Positions 34,289 to 44,000 of a stretch of 64,000 bases of DNA are shown one piece after another. The stretch comes from an uncultured Planctomycetota bacterium (GTDB lineage Bacteria; Planctomycetota; Planctomycetia; Gemmatales; Gemmataceae), in assembly GCA_963849325.1 (NCBI GenBank), contig CAWKHF010000012.1, positions 672,001 to 736,000 on the forward strand. The letters run 5' to 3'. The position numbers were made by a program, and so were the translations under genes. Within the stretch, counting starts at the first letter, position 1. Each line of letters opens with the position of its first letter. The notes below the pieces were generated by a model. The model searched no databases. It was not told the DNA's origin and worked only from the letters and a program-made list of their open reading frames with translations.

Positions 34289-36076
34289 TCACCTTGTCAT
34301 CTTCACGGGCCGGCGCGAGCGACGGTAGATCGGCTCGTCGTACCAATGCCGGGTACGTTCGTGGTCGGCGACCCAGCGCAAGGCCCGTTTGAGAAACAGG
34401 CGCGACATCAGCCAGAAGATGAGGGCCAGGCCGAGCACAGGTCAGGAGGAAGAACACGCGATGGTCGAAGGAGACGAACGGGTTGGCGCTGGTGCTCAGT
34501 TGCGTGCCGAGCTGCGCGATCGATGGCCCCGAGCAGGGCACCGAGGATCACGGCCGCGATGGCGAGGATCGGCGTGGTACCCAGATAAATGGCCAGTCCG
34601 CCGACATAGCCGGCCGCCATCGTACCCAGCAAGGCCCGCCACGAGCTGCGCGAGCGAACCGAGGCCCACAGCCCCGCCGCCCCGATGTAATACATGGCCA
34701 ACACGGTGACGGCCAGCCACAGCAGCACCCAGCACAGGGCCAGCACGCCGCCGAGGACCGACAGGACGACGGCCGGCGCCGCGTAGGCCAGCAGGTAGAC
34801 GTAGCTGGCCCCCATGATGCCCCAGAGCTTGCCGCGGATCAGCTGCTTGGCGCTGAGCGGCGTCAGCAGCAGGGCCTCCCAGGTCCGCCGCTCGCGCTCG
34901 CCGGTGACGGCGCCGGAGCAGCGGATGCCGACAACCAGGCTGGCCAGCAGCATGACCACCAGCCCCTGCACGAGGAAGCCGTCGCCAGCCGCGGGCATCC
35001 GGACGGTCAGGCGCTCCGGCTGGAAGTGGACCAGCGCCAGGATCAGGTCGCCGGCGCGGACACCGGACGGCAGCGACAGCAGTAGGATCAGCAGCGACGA
35101 GGCGATGGTGAGGGTGGAGACGCCGGCGACGGCGAGCCACGGCGGGACGCGGCGCAGGCCCGGCGTCGGCGCCAGCCCCTCGACGTGCCACTCGCGCCAG
35201 CGGATCGGCTCGTCCGCACCGGCGCGGCGCAGGGCGTTGTACCAGCGCACGGCCCGCGATCGGACGTTTTCCAACTCTCTCCGGTAGGCCGGCCGCAGTC
35301 GTCCGATGGCCAACGCCAGGCAGGTGCCGCCCAGCGTACCCCAGCACAACGACGACACGAGCAGGCGCCGACCCAGTTCGGCGAGGTCCAGACTTTGCCA
35401 CGTCCCCCACGCCGGCGCGACAACCGCAAGAGGGTTGAGGTAATCGAAGGGGCCACGGAAATACCAGACGAGCACGCCGCCGAGGGTGCCGAGCACGTAC
35501 AGGGCGAGGACGGCGTCGCGCGTCTGCCGGCACAGGACGGAGGCGAGCGAGACTGACAGATGCCAGCGCGAACAGCGGCAGGAGCAGGGCGACGGCCACG
35601 GCCACAAGCGTCACGGGCTGCACGCCGCCGAAGCCGGCCAGCAGGGCGAACAGCGGCAGCCCGGCCAGGGCCACCAGCGACACCTGAGCGACCCGGCCGA
35701 GCAGCTTGCCGAGCAGGATGTGCCGCGCTTCCAGGTCCGCCGTTAGCAGATATTGCAGCGTGCCGCGGCGCTTCTCGTCGGTGATGGAGCCGGCGACGAA
35801 GGCCGGCGTCGCCAGGACCAGAACGATCAACTGCTGGGCCACGAACGTTTCGGCGAACCATTGGCCGACGATTTCCGGGGCCGAGGCGCGGGCGACGAAG
35901 GAAGACGTGTTGGCGACGAGCCGTCCCCTCAGCCGGGTCGCCTCTTCATTTTCATACCGGACGTATCCGTAAAAAACCAGCACGACGAGCCAGCCGGCGT
36001 AAACCCAGCGGAACAGGTACAGCCGATGGCGGCGACTGCCGAGCAGCCATTCCTGATGCAACACGGCGCCAACCAT
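34289..36076 (-). CDS. ABC-2-type transporter permease with duplicated domain (frameshifted)
   Basis: AGSITDEKRRGTLQYLLT...ILLGKL and GAVTGERERRTWEALLLTPL...LIRGKL. Confidence 0.85.
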
Positions 36077-36142
36077 CGGCCACGCCCTCGGAGTACTTCC
36101 TACTCACCCAGGCTACCGTAGCCGGCACGGGTCCGCAACACG

Positions 36143-36196
36143 GTCGGCCGGCTCTGGAAGTTCCAGGCCGAGGAGATCGACGCCTGAGTGCGCGGT
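36143..36196 (+). pseudogene. Relic of an excisionase-type HTH (HTH_17/Xis) gene
   Basis: Reads VGRLWKFQAEEIDA*VRG, matching the family wing and helix motif with Trp replaced by TGA. Confidence 0.55.
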
Positions 36197-36346
36197 CCAT
36201 GGGCCAGGCCCTCGTCCGTGACCGCATCGCAGCTGAGGAACAGATTGACTACAAAAGAGAGGTAAAATAGAAATTTAAAGGCAAAGCTTGCTCGACGGCC
36301 CCAATGGCCTTTTCCGTCGGGACAGCCAGTCGCCGGCGAGGACGTG

Positions 36347-37286
36347 TCAAGAGGAGGACGATTCCGGCCGCATTCGCCGTGACACGTCGCGGAGCCGGCT
36401 GAGCTGCTGCACGAGGAGAGGGACGCCGCCGAGGCCGCCGGCGAACAATTGGACGTACCGGAAGATCGCCACGACCGAGCCGCGTCGGCGCCCCCCGTAG
36501 CACAGGAACGCAGGAGCGCAACCGCCATCAGTCCCAGCACGAACACCTCCATCCGCCCGAAATTAAGTGCCTCCCCGTCCGATAGCGCCACGCGCCACGC
36601 GCCAACATGCGATAGTGTCGCCGTACCTCGCGTGGCCGCCCTCGACCGATCGCGTCCACCTCGCGTTCCAGCTGGTCGTTGAGCCGGCCATTCAGCCGTA
36701 GCATCTGACGGCCATAGGAGCAGTTGAGGCTGTACAGCGGGAGCAGCAGCGACAAACACAACGGCACCATTACCCAGTCATAGAGGGCGAGCATGGCGGC
36801 GGCGCCGGCCAGCGAGTACAGCACCTCCAGGGCGACGGGCACGTCGCGCTCGAAGAAGGACACCATCTCGCGCGACAGGGCCGACCGCGCCGCCAGCCGC
36901 GACAGCTCGACCCGCCCCCGCTGCGCGAGGACCAGCCGGCTGGCCAGGTCGGTGTAGATGTGGCTGAAAGCGCGCGTGTCGTACATGCGCCGCCCGCCGC
37001 TGAGCAAGACGTAGACGGCGTGCTGGAGAACGAAAAACAACAGCCCTCGGTAGGAAGCGCCCAGGAGGTCGTGCACGGCCAAGCCCAGCACGAAGGGATG
37101 CGCCAGCCGGGCCAGGTTCTCCAGGGTGAACAGGCCATAGGTCAGCAGGATACGTCGGCGGTGGATACGGAACAACGCGCGGAGGCCCGTTAGCTGCGGT
37201 TGGCATCCTGGCGTCGTTAGGCCGCCATCGTCCGCGACGGCGGCCGCCGTCGCCTCGTCGGTCGTAAGCTCCAGTGTCGTGCTCAT
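36347..37286 (-). CDS. ABC transporter six-TM membrane domain without ATPase (frameshifted near the 3' end)
   Basis: TYGLFTLEN, RRMYDTRAF, SREMVSFFERDVP, LNDQLEREV; ends VPLLVQQLSRLRDV...* at 36347. Confidence 0.75.
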
Positions 37287-37314
37287 GGATCATCTCCCCT
37301 TGAGACTTCCACAC

Positions 37315-39219
37315 TCATCCCGAGACCAATGCGCGCTCCGCCCTGGTCGATTCGTGCCGTCCGTCCGGGCGGATCACTCGGCTCGGAACGGGCCGCTGCT
37401 CCAGCCAGCGCGGTAACAAATCCAGCCATTTGACGATGGACAGGGTGTTGTCCAGGCTGATGGCGCCGTGCGGGCTGCTGATGCCGAGCGCGGCTTGATG
37501 CAGACAGCTCAGCAAGGAGGCCTTGTCGAAGAGGCCGAGTTCCTCGGAAGGCGACGCACGGATCAGCTGCTCCAGGTAGGCCTGGTTTCGTGACAGGCCG
37601 GTGTAATAGACGGAGTTGTAATGCGTCTTGCCGCGGCGCTGGCGAATGTTCGCGGGGAGGACGTCGCGCATCGCCTCGGCGAGGATCGGCTTTTGCGCCC
37701 CCGGCTCCGGCCGAACGTGGACCCGGATGCCCAGTGCGTAGCGGAAGACGCGCAGGTCCCGAAACGGATGGGCCGCGACAATGCCGAGCGGCGCCGCCAG
37801 CGTGTACCGGCCCCAATCGCCGACGGCCGAACGAGCCCGTTCCAGTGCCTCGGATTGCACCACGGTGCCGGCTGCATGGAAGTGCCGGCGAACGTTGTTC
37901 AGCGCCCGGTCGCGCAACTGACCCCGGCGGGCGAAGTCGGGGAGGACCCAGGGAGCGATCGTCCAAAAATTCTGATGCTTCCAGTCGGCGTAGCCTTGGT
38001 GAAACAAGGCACGCAGGCCCACTTGCGCCCACGCGGGCATCAAAGGAGTCAGGCCACAGGGACGAAGGACGCTCCAAATACTGCTGTTGCGGGCCCGCGC
38101 CCACCGACACGACTCGGACCAGGCAGCCCCCAGACGCCCTCGCCGGAGCAGATCGGCGATTCGGAACGGTCGCTGGGCCAGCATTTCGTCGGCCCCCGTG
38201 CCGGTGAGGACCGTATCCGCGCCCACCGCGGCTGCCGCTCGCAGCAAAGCCCTCTCCACGCCGACTCGTTGCAGCCCCGGGATCGGCTCGTCATGCAAGG
38301 GCATATCGTGGAACACATCGAAGTCCAGGATGTTGTCGGCAGGAATTCGGTGCGCGACCAGGCCAGGCCGGTTCAGGGCCTCTTCCAGAAACGGCGTCTC
38401 GTTGTGGAGGTTCGCCAGGCCCTGGTACGTCAGCGACAGGGTGTGCAGGGGACGACCTTCGCGGACGAGTTCCTCGCGCGCCAGCAGGGCGACCGAGGTG
38501 GAGTCCATCCCGCCGGAAAAATGCGCGGCCATGCACCCCTTCAGCCGTTCGCGTACCGCTTGACGAAGCAACTGACCGTACTGGTCGGCAAGTTCGGTGG
38601 TACAGGCGGTGCCGGGGTCCACGGCTCGTTCGGGCCATTTCCAGAACTCGTGCTGCCCCACCGTGCCTCGCGGCAGATCGGCCGTGATCGACCAACCGGG
38701 TACCAGTCGCCGCACGCCCTCGAACACGGTCCCCTCGAAGTAGTCGATCTCGAAATTGGGCAGCATCAGCATCTCGCCCAGGAACTCGACGTTCAGCGCG
38801 CGGCGGGGCAACCGATCGACGAGCGGTCGAAGGCCGGTGGCGAAGGCGACGGTTTCGCCCTGATGCAACCAGTAGATCGGATATCCACCCATCGCCTCCC
38901 GGGAAGCAAGCAGGTGCCGCTGCTTGCGGTCCCAGATCACGAGAGCGAAATCGCCTTCCAGCTGCTCGACGCCGGCAAGCCCCCGGTGGCGGTAGGCTGC
39001 CAGGGCCAGGTCCGCATCGCCGACAGGACTTCGATCGTCGCCGGCATCCGGCAAGCGCGCCTTCAGCTCACTCCGATAGTAAAGCCGGCCCATGAGTACG
39101 GCCTGGCAATCCCGGTCGGCGGCCCAGGTGACCAGATGCGGACGACCGGGATGATCCGGGCCGAAAACGTGAAATTCCACCATGTCGCCCCGGGCGACGA
39201 CCATGAAGCCAACTTGCAT
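37315..39219 (-). CDS. Lasso peptide cyclase (asparagine synthetase-like, C protein)
   Basis: LEGDFA, HFSGGMDS, VLTGTGADE, HPFRD, KPILAEAM; no N-terminal catalytic Cys; directly downstream of the B gene. Confidence 0.88.
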   Translation of the reverse strand: MQVGFMVVARGDMVEFHVFGPDHPGRPHLVTWAADRDCQAVLMGRLYYRSELKARLPDAGDDRSPVGDADLALAAYRHRGLAGVEQLEGDFALVIWDRKQRHLLASREAMGGYPIYWLHQGETVAFATGLRPLVDRLPRRALNVEFLGEMLMLPNFEIDYFEGTVFEGVRRLVPGWSITADLPRGTVGQHEFWKWPERAVDPGTACTTELADQYGQLLRQAVRERLKGCMAAHFSGGMDSTSVALLAREELVREGRPLHTLSLTYQGLANLHNETPFLEEALNRPGLVAHRIPADNILDFDVFHDMPLHDEPIPGLQRVGVERALLRAAAAVGADTVLTGTGADEMLAQRPFRIADLLRRGRLGAAWSESCRWARARNSSIWSVLRPCGLTPLMPAWAQVGLRALFHQGYADWKHQNFWTIAPWVLPDFARRGQLRDRALNNVRRHFHAAGTVVQSEALERARSAVGDWGRYTLAAPLGIVAAHPFRDLRVFRYALGIRVHVRPEPGAQKPILAEAMRDVLPANIRQRRGKTHYNSVYYTGLSRNQAYLEQLIRASPSEELGLFDKASLLSCLHQAALGISSPHGAISLDNTLSIVKWLDLLPRWLEQRPVPSRVIRPDGRHESTRAERALVSG

Positions 39220-39236
39220 GACAGGGATCTCCGTAA

Positions 39237-39325
39237 GAGGCACTAACAAAATGTGGCAACACGTTTTCAACGTGTTGGATTGTACGGCACGTTACAAACG
39301 TGCCGCCACATTCGGTTCGTGCCTC
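39237..39325 (+). mobile_element. 89-bp MITE copy 1, TAA-flanked
   Basis: taa-GAGGCACTAAC...GTTCGTGCCTC-taa with internal cacgttt/aacgtg palindromes. Confidence 0.85.
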
Positions 39326-39331
39326 TAATGC

Positions 39332-40111
39332 TCATTGATAGCGAAGTGCTGGGATGTACGAGACGCAGTTTTCCGCGTGGTCGCTGACGATCCAGGGTCC
39401 GGCCTCGCACCAGCAATGGCCGGAGAGGGGAAAGAGTTCGACGCCGATCACCAGGGCGGCCGGCAAGCCGGCGAGACGAGCCAGGACCCAACAAGAAAGG
39501 GCACGTTCCTTGCAAGCCACGCCGAACGGGTTCCAGGCCGCCGCGCTGCAAACCGCGTCATCGATGGCCCGGACCCGCGCCTCCGCTTGGCGCGGCGAAA
39601 GACGAAGCGGACGGATCGGGAACTGCCGTCGCCAGGCGGCGATCGTCCGGGTCCAACCCAGGGAGGCGAGGCAAAGCTTCGCCGCGGTCAACAGCACGGC
39701 GGCTCGGGCCTTCAGTGAGGGCGTCCAACTGAGGGTCCGGTTCAGCATTCCAGCCGCCAGGCACGTCTTGCCGAGGTTTTCCAATCCTCGGCCGGCGCCT
39801 CCTCGATTCCGCCAGAGAATGCCCCGCTTCTCCAGGGTCGCCAGAAAGTGCCTCAAGTCGGCTTCCACCTGAGAGCACGCGACGTCGTACTCGGCCGCCA
39901 CACGCTGGACGGCGGCCGCAGGCCCGTGCTGGAGTGTCTGCCGCAGCATCAGGATTGCGGCGGGTGGAACAGCATAAAAGCGGTCTGCCATATCCAAAAT
40001 GCGGGCACTGCCGTCCGCCATCGGAATGACGGCCACATCCGGCGCCAGGGAATACTCCAGGCCGTTGTTGGTCGCGGTTTGCTGCCGACAGAGAATCGTT
40101 TGGGTGGACAT
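39332..40111 (-). CDS. Fused lasso B1 (PqqD-like RRE) and B2 (transglutaminase-like leader peptidase)
   Basis: ARILDM..RFY, VAAEYDV...VEADLRHFLATLEKRGIL (RRE); CKERAL, LVIGV, HCWCE (B2 Cys-His). Confidence 0.92.
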   Translation of the reverse strand: MSTQTILCRQQTATNNGLEYSLAPDVAVIPMADGSARILDMADRFYAVPPAAILMLRQTLQHGPAAAVQRVAAEYDVACSQVEADLRHFLATLEKRGILWRNRGGAGRGLENLGKTCLAAGMLNRTLSWTPSLKARAAVLLTAAKLCLASLGWTRTIAAWRRQFPIRPLRLSPRQAEARVRAIDDAVCSAAAWNPFGVACKERALSCWVLARLAGLPAALVIGVELFPLSGHCWCEAGPWIVSDHAENCVSYIPALRYQ

Positions 40112-40181
40112 GATATTACCTCTCTCGTCAACAAGGCCCGTTGGAAAAGGACGCCGTACTTCGCCAAGGTTGGGACCGTAA

Positions 40182-40270
40182 GAGGCACTAACCGAATGTG
40201 GCGGCACGTTTGTAACGTGCCGTACAATCCAACACGTTGAAAACGTGTTGCCACATTTTGGTAGAGCCTC
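40182..40270 (-). mobile_element. 89-bp MITE copy 2, inverted
   Basis: Its reverse complement matches copies 1 and 3 with only a few substitutions near the ends; flanks are taa/gaa. Confidence 0.85.
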
Positions 40271-40333
40271 GAAGGGACCCAATAGCTCGGCACGTAAAGG
40301 GCATCCTCATCCAACGAGTCCGGTTGCTTGGGA

Positions 40334-40525
40334 TCACCAGTAGCGGGTGCGGTTGGCGTCGGAGTAATTGCCGCCGCCGCCCCCCTGCACCAGCTCGACC
40401 GCCTTGCCGACGTCGTGCAGTTCCGGAGTGTGATACGCGCGGGGCGAAACCAGGCTGTCCTGCCGAGTCTCGGTCCCCTCGACGGAAGCGACCGGACTAC
40501 CCAACTTGAGATCTTTGGCCAACAT
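40334..40525 (-). CDS. Lasso precursor A2 (63 aa); predicted core GGGGGNYSDANRTRYW
   Basis: AGGAG RBS; leader YHTPELHDVGKAVELVQ (YxxPxLxxxG); core Gly1 with Asp9. Confidence 0.85.
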   Translation of the reverse strand: MLAKDLKLGSPVASVEGTETRQDSLVSPRAYHTPELHDVGKAVELVQGGGGGNYSDANRTRYW

Positions 40526-40635
40526 GACGTTCTCCTGTTCAGGATAAGTGTGGCAAGCCGGCATCAGGGCCCCTTGCTCCGATGATCTCGTCCTGCCGCA
40601 GTCACAAAGAGTCCGTTGCGAAGAACACCGTCCGA

Positions 40636-40824
40636 CTAATACTGGCGGGCGCGGTTGTTGTCGGCGACATTGCCGCCGCCCCCCTGTACCAGTTCGACCG
40701 CCTTGCCGACGACGTGCAGCACAGGGGCGCGATAGACACGAGGCGCGTCCGGAGCGTCCTGCTTCCTCTCGGCCGTCCCGGCGAAGGCATTCTCGACACT
40801 CGACGTGAACTTGGTGGGAACCAC
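40636..40824 (-). CDS. Lasso precursor A1 (62 aa); predicted core GGGGNVADNNRARQY
   Basis: AAGGAG RBS and GTG start; leader YRAPVLHVVGKAVELVQ; core Gly1 with Asp8. Confidence 0.85.
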   Translation of the reverse strand: MVPTKFTSSVENAFAGTAERKQDAPDAPRVYRAPVLHVVGKAVELVQGGGGNVADNNRARQY

Positions 40825-41091
40825 AGTGGTCTCCTTGAAGATGGTTTCTCAGGAGGGCATCAAAGCCCATCGTTCTGATGATCTCCTCCTGCTTTCGCAG
40901 ACTGTTACGCTCGTCGGGCCGAGACGTTACAGCCCCTTCGGGCAGGATTTTCTCGCCAAGACTTCAACGAGAAAACCCGACGGATTGCTTGTGTGGCCCA
41001 ACCCGTTCGAGGATAATTGATCCTTTCCGCAGTCCACCGTCCGTAATCGTGAGTCCGGACGTGCTTGGGATGACCTCTGGCTGGAGTCGCC

Positions 41092-44000
41092 ATGTTCGCT
41101 CCAAGGTCTCGTGCCTGGTTCGTCATCGGAGCGTGGATCGTGGTTCCCTCGCTCTGGGCCGAAACACCAAAACCACCTCTGACACCCGAAAAACAAGCGA
41201 AGTTGGAGGAGCGCGACCGTCATCTGGCGAAGGCGCGGACGCTCTTCTCGGAGGGCAAATTGGCCGAGACGCTCGCCGTCGTCGAAAAGATGCTGGCGCT
41301 GGATCGTCAATTATTTGGCGATGCGCACGACGACACGGTGGAAGCGCTGGAGTGGCTCGCCGAACTGTACGAGCTAAGGGAAGACTTCGCCGCCGCGCGC
41401 AAGGCTCGTGGAGAGGTTGTGGACATCCAGGCCAGGATGCACGGCCCAGACAGCCCTCTCGTCGCCGGTGCCCGCCTGGCCCTGGAGCACGTCGATCGCC
41501 TGGAGAAGCTCGACAGGGATCAGCGCCGGCTCCTGGCGGAAGCGGGCCCACTGCTGGCGCGGATGCACGCTCTTATCCAGGCCAACAAGCATCGCGACGC
41601 CATTCCTGTGGCGGAGGAAGCACTGGCCAGGCGGCAGAAGGTGCTGGGTGAACCGCACTGGCTCTGCGCCGAGACGCTGGCGACGATCGGATTCTTGTAC
41701 CGGCGAACCGGCGATCTCGTCCGGGCGGAGCGGTGCTATCTTCGTGCCCGCGACATCCGTAAGCGGACGCTGGGCGAGACACACCCCGATTACGCCATCG
41801 TCCTCAATAACCTGGGCACCCTCTACCTTGTGCAGCGGGATTACGACCGAGCCGGGACGTTCTACCGACAGGCGGCGACGGCCTTGAAGCAATCGCGGGG
41901 AGAGAAGCACCACCAGTATCTTATGGCCGTGACCAATCTCGCCTTCGTCCATCGGCAAAGGGGCGAATACGACGAGGCGGAGAAGCTCTACCGCGAGGTC
42001 CTCGACGCCAAACGGCAGACGCTAGGGGAAAAGCACGCCGACTACGCGAGCGCCCTGGGCGATCTGGCGGAATTCTACATGACTCGGGACACCCCCGCTG
42101 GCGCAGAACCGTTGGCGCGTCAGGCGCTGGACATCTTCCGGGAGGTCCAGGGCCAGCGCGATCCCCAGACACTTTACGCTCTGAACCGTTTGGCCAATGT
42201 CTACTGGAGGATGAAGGACTACGCCAAGGCCGAACCGCTCTATCGCCGGGTGGTTGAGGTCCGCAAGGAGACGGTGGGCGAGAAACATCCCGATTACGCG
42301 GCGAGCCTGAACAATCTCGCGCTGCTCTACGCGAATAAGGGCGAGAGCGAGCGTGCCGAGCCGCTCTTTCTGCGGGCGATGGAGATCACCCGCCAGACGC
42401 AAGGGGAAAAGCACCTCGGATACACGACCCAGCTCCGCAACCTGGGACGCCTCTATCAGGACGAGAAACGGTACGACAAAGCCCTGCCGCTCTTGCAACA
42501 GGCAGCGACCCTCCACAAGGAGTTACTGGGCGAGAAGCATCCATCCTACGCGACCGCGCTGAACGACCTGGCCATGCTGTACGTGGACCTCAAGAAGTTC
42601 GCTCAGGCCGAGCCAATCTTCCGGCGGCTTCTGGCCATCCACAGAGAGACGGTCGGCGAGAAACACCCCGACTACCTCGGCAGTCTCCGAAGCCTCGGAC
42701 TCCTGCTGGAGGACCAGGCCCGGGAATACGAGTCCCGCGACGACCTGGCGTCGGCTCGCAAGGCACGTCAGGAGGCACTGTCGATCCACACCAAACTGGA
42801 TGGCGGCCGGCACTGGCGGACGGTCGATGCGCGCCTGCGGCTGGAATTGCTCGAACGTCTGGGGCCATGGGACCCGGAGCGGCGCCGGCAGTTGCGCGAA
42901 ACGGAAGGCGTGTTGAGTCGGGCTTGGGAGCTGAAGAATCGCGGCAAGGATCGAGAGGCCGTGCCGCTGGCACAGCAAGCGCTGCAGGTCCGGCAGCAGC
43001 TATTGGGCGAAGACCACTGGCTGACGGCCGATGCTCAGACAGGGCTGGCTTCCGCTCTCACCGATGGCCGGGAATACGCGCGGGCGGAACCGCTTTACCA
43101 GCGCGCACTGACGACCTCGCAAAAGGTCCTGGGCGAACAGCATCCCGATTGCGGCTACCTGCTGCATCAACTCGGCTTCGTCCACGAAAACAGGGGCGAG
43201 TATGCTCGTGCCGAGCGGAGATACCAGGAAGCCCTCGACATTCGCGGCCGCGTGCAGGGCCAAAAGAACCGCTCCTATGCCACGACCCTCGGCAACCTGG
43301 CCGCGCTGTGCCGGATTCGGGGAGACTATGCACGGGCCGAGCGGCTGGGCCGGGAGAACCTGGAACTCCGGGAGCAAGTGGTTGGCCGACACCATCCGGA
43401 TTACGCCCTGAGTCTGATGACCCTGGCCTGGCTCGCCGAGCACCGGCGCGATTACGTGCAGGCGGAGAAACTGACGCGCCAGGCCCTGGACATCCGCACG
43501 AAGGCCCTCGGCGAAGCTCATGCCCAATGCGGGGAGTGTTGGAATCTGCTCGGCGACGTAGCCTGTTACCGAGGCGACTTTGCGCGAGCGGAGTCGCTGC
43601 AACAACAGGTCCTGGCGATCTACCGCAAGGCGCAAGGAGAGAAGCACCCGGATTGTGCCTGGCCCCTCACGAACCTGGCCGAAATCTATTCGAAAACAGG
43701 CCGTTTTCTCCAGGCGGAGACTGCCAACCGTGAGGCCCTGGCGATCCTCCGCCAGTCTCTGGGAGAGAAACACCCGCGCTACGCTCGGCTCCTGCACGAA
43801 CGGGGCGCCCTGTACCGCCACATGGGCAAGCCCGCACAGGCCGAGGCGCTTCTTCGCCAAGCGCTGGCCATTCACAAGGAGACGCTCGGCGAGAACCACA
43901 TCGAGTACGGCAACACCCTGTCCGAGCTGGCGTCGCTGGCCAACCACCAGGGGAGATACGTCGAGGCCGAGGCGTTGTATCGCCGCGACCTGGCGATCCG

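Noticed and set aside
37315-39219. Housekeeping asparagine synthetase AsnB
   Set aside because: No N-terminal Cys-Gly-Ile nucleophile, and it is clustered with RRE/B2 and precursor genes.
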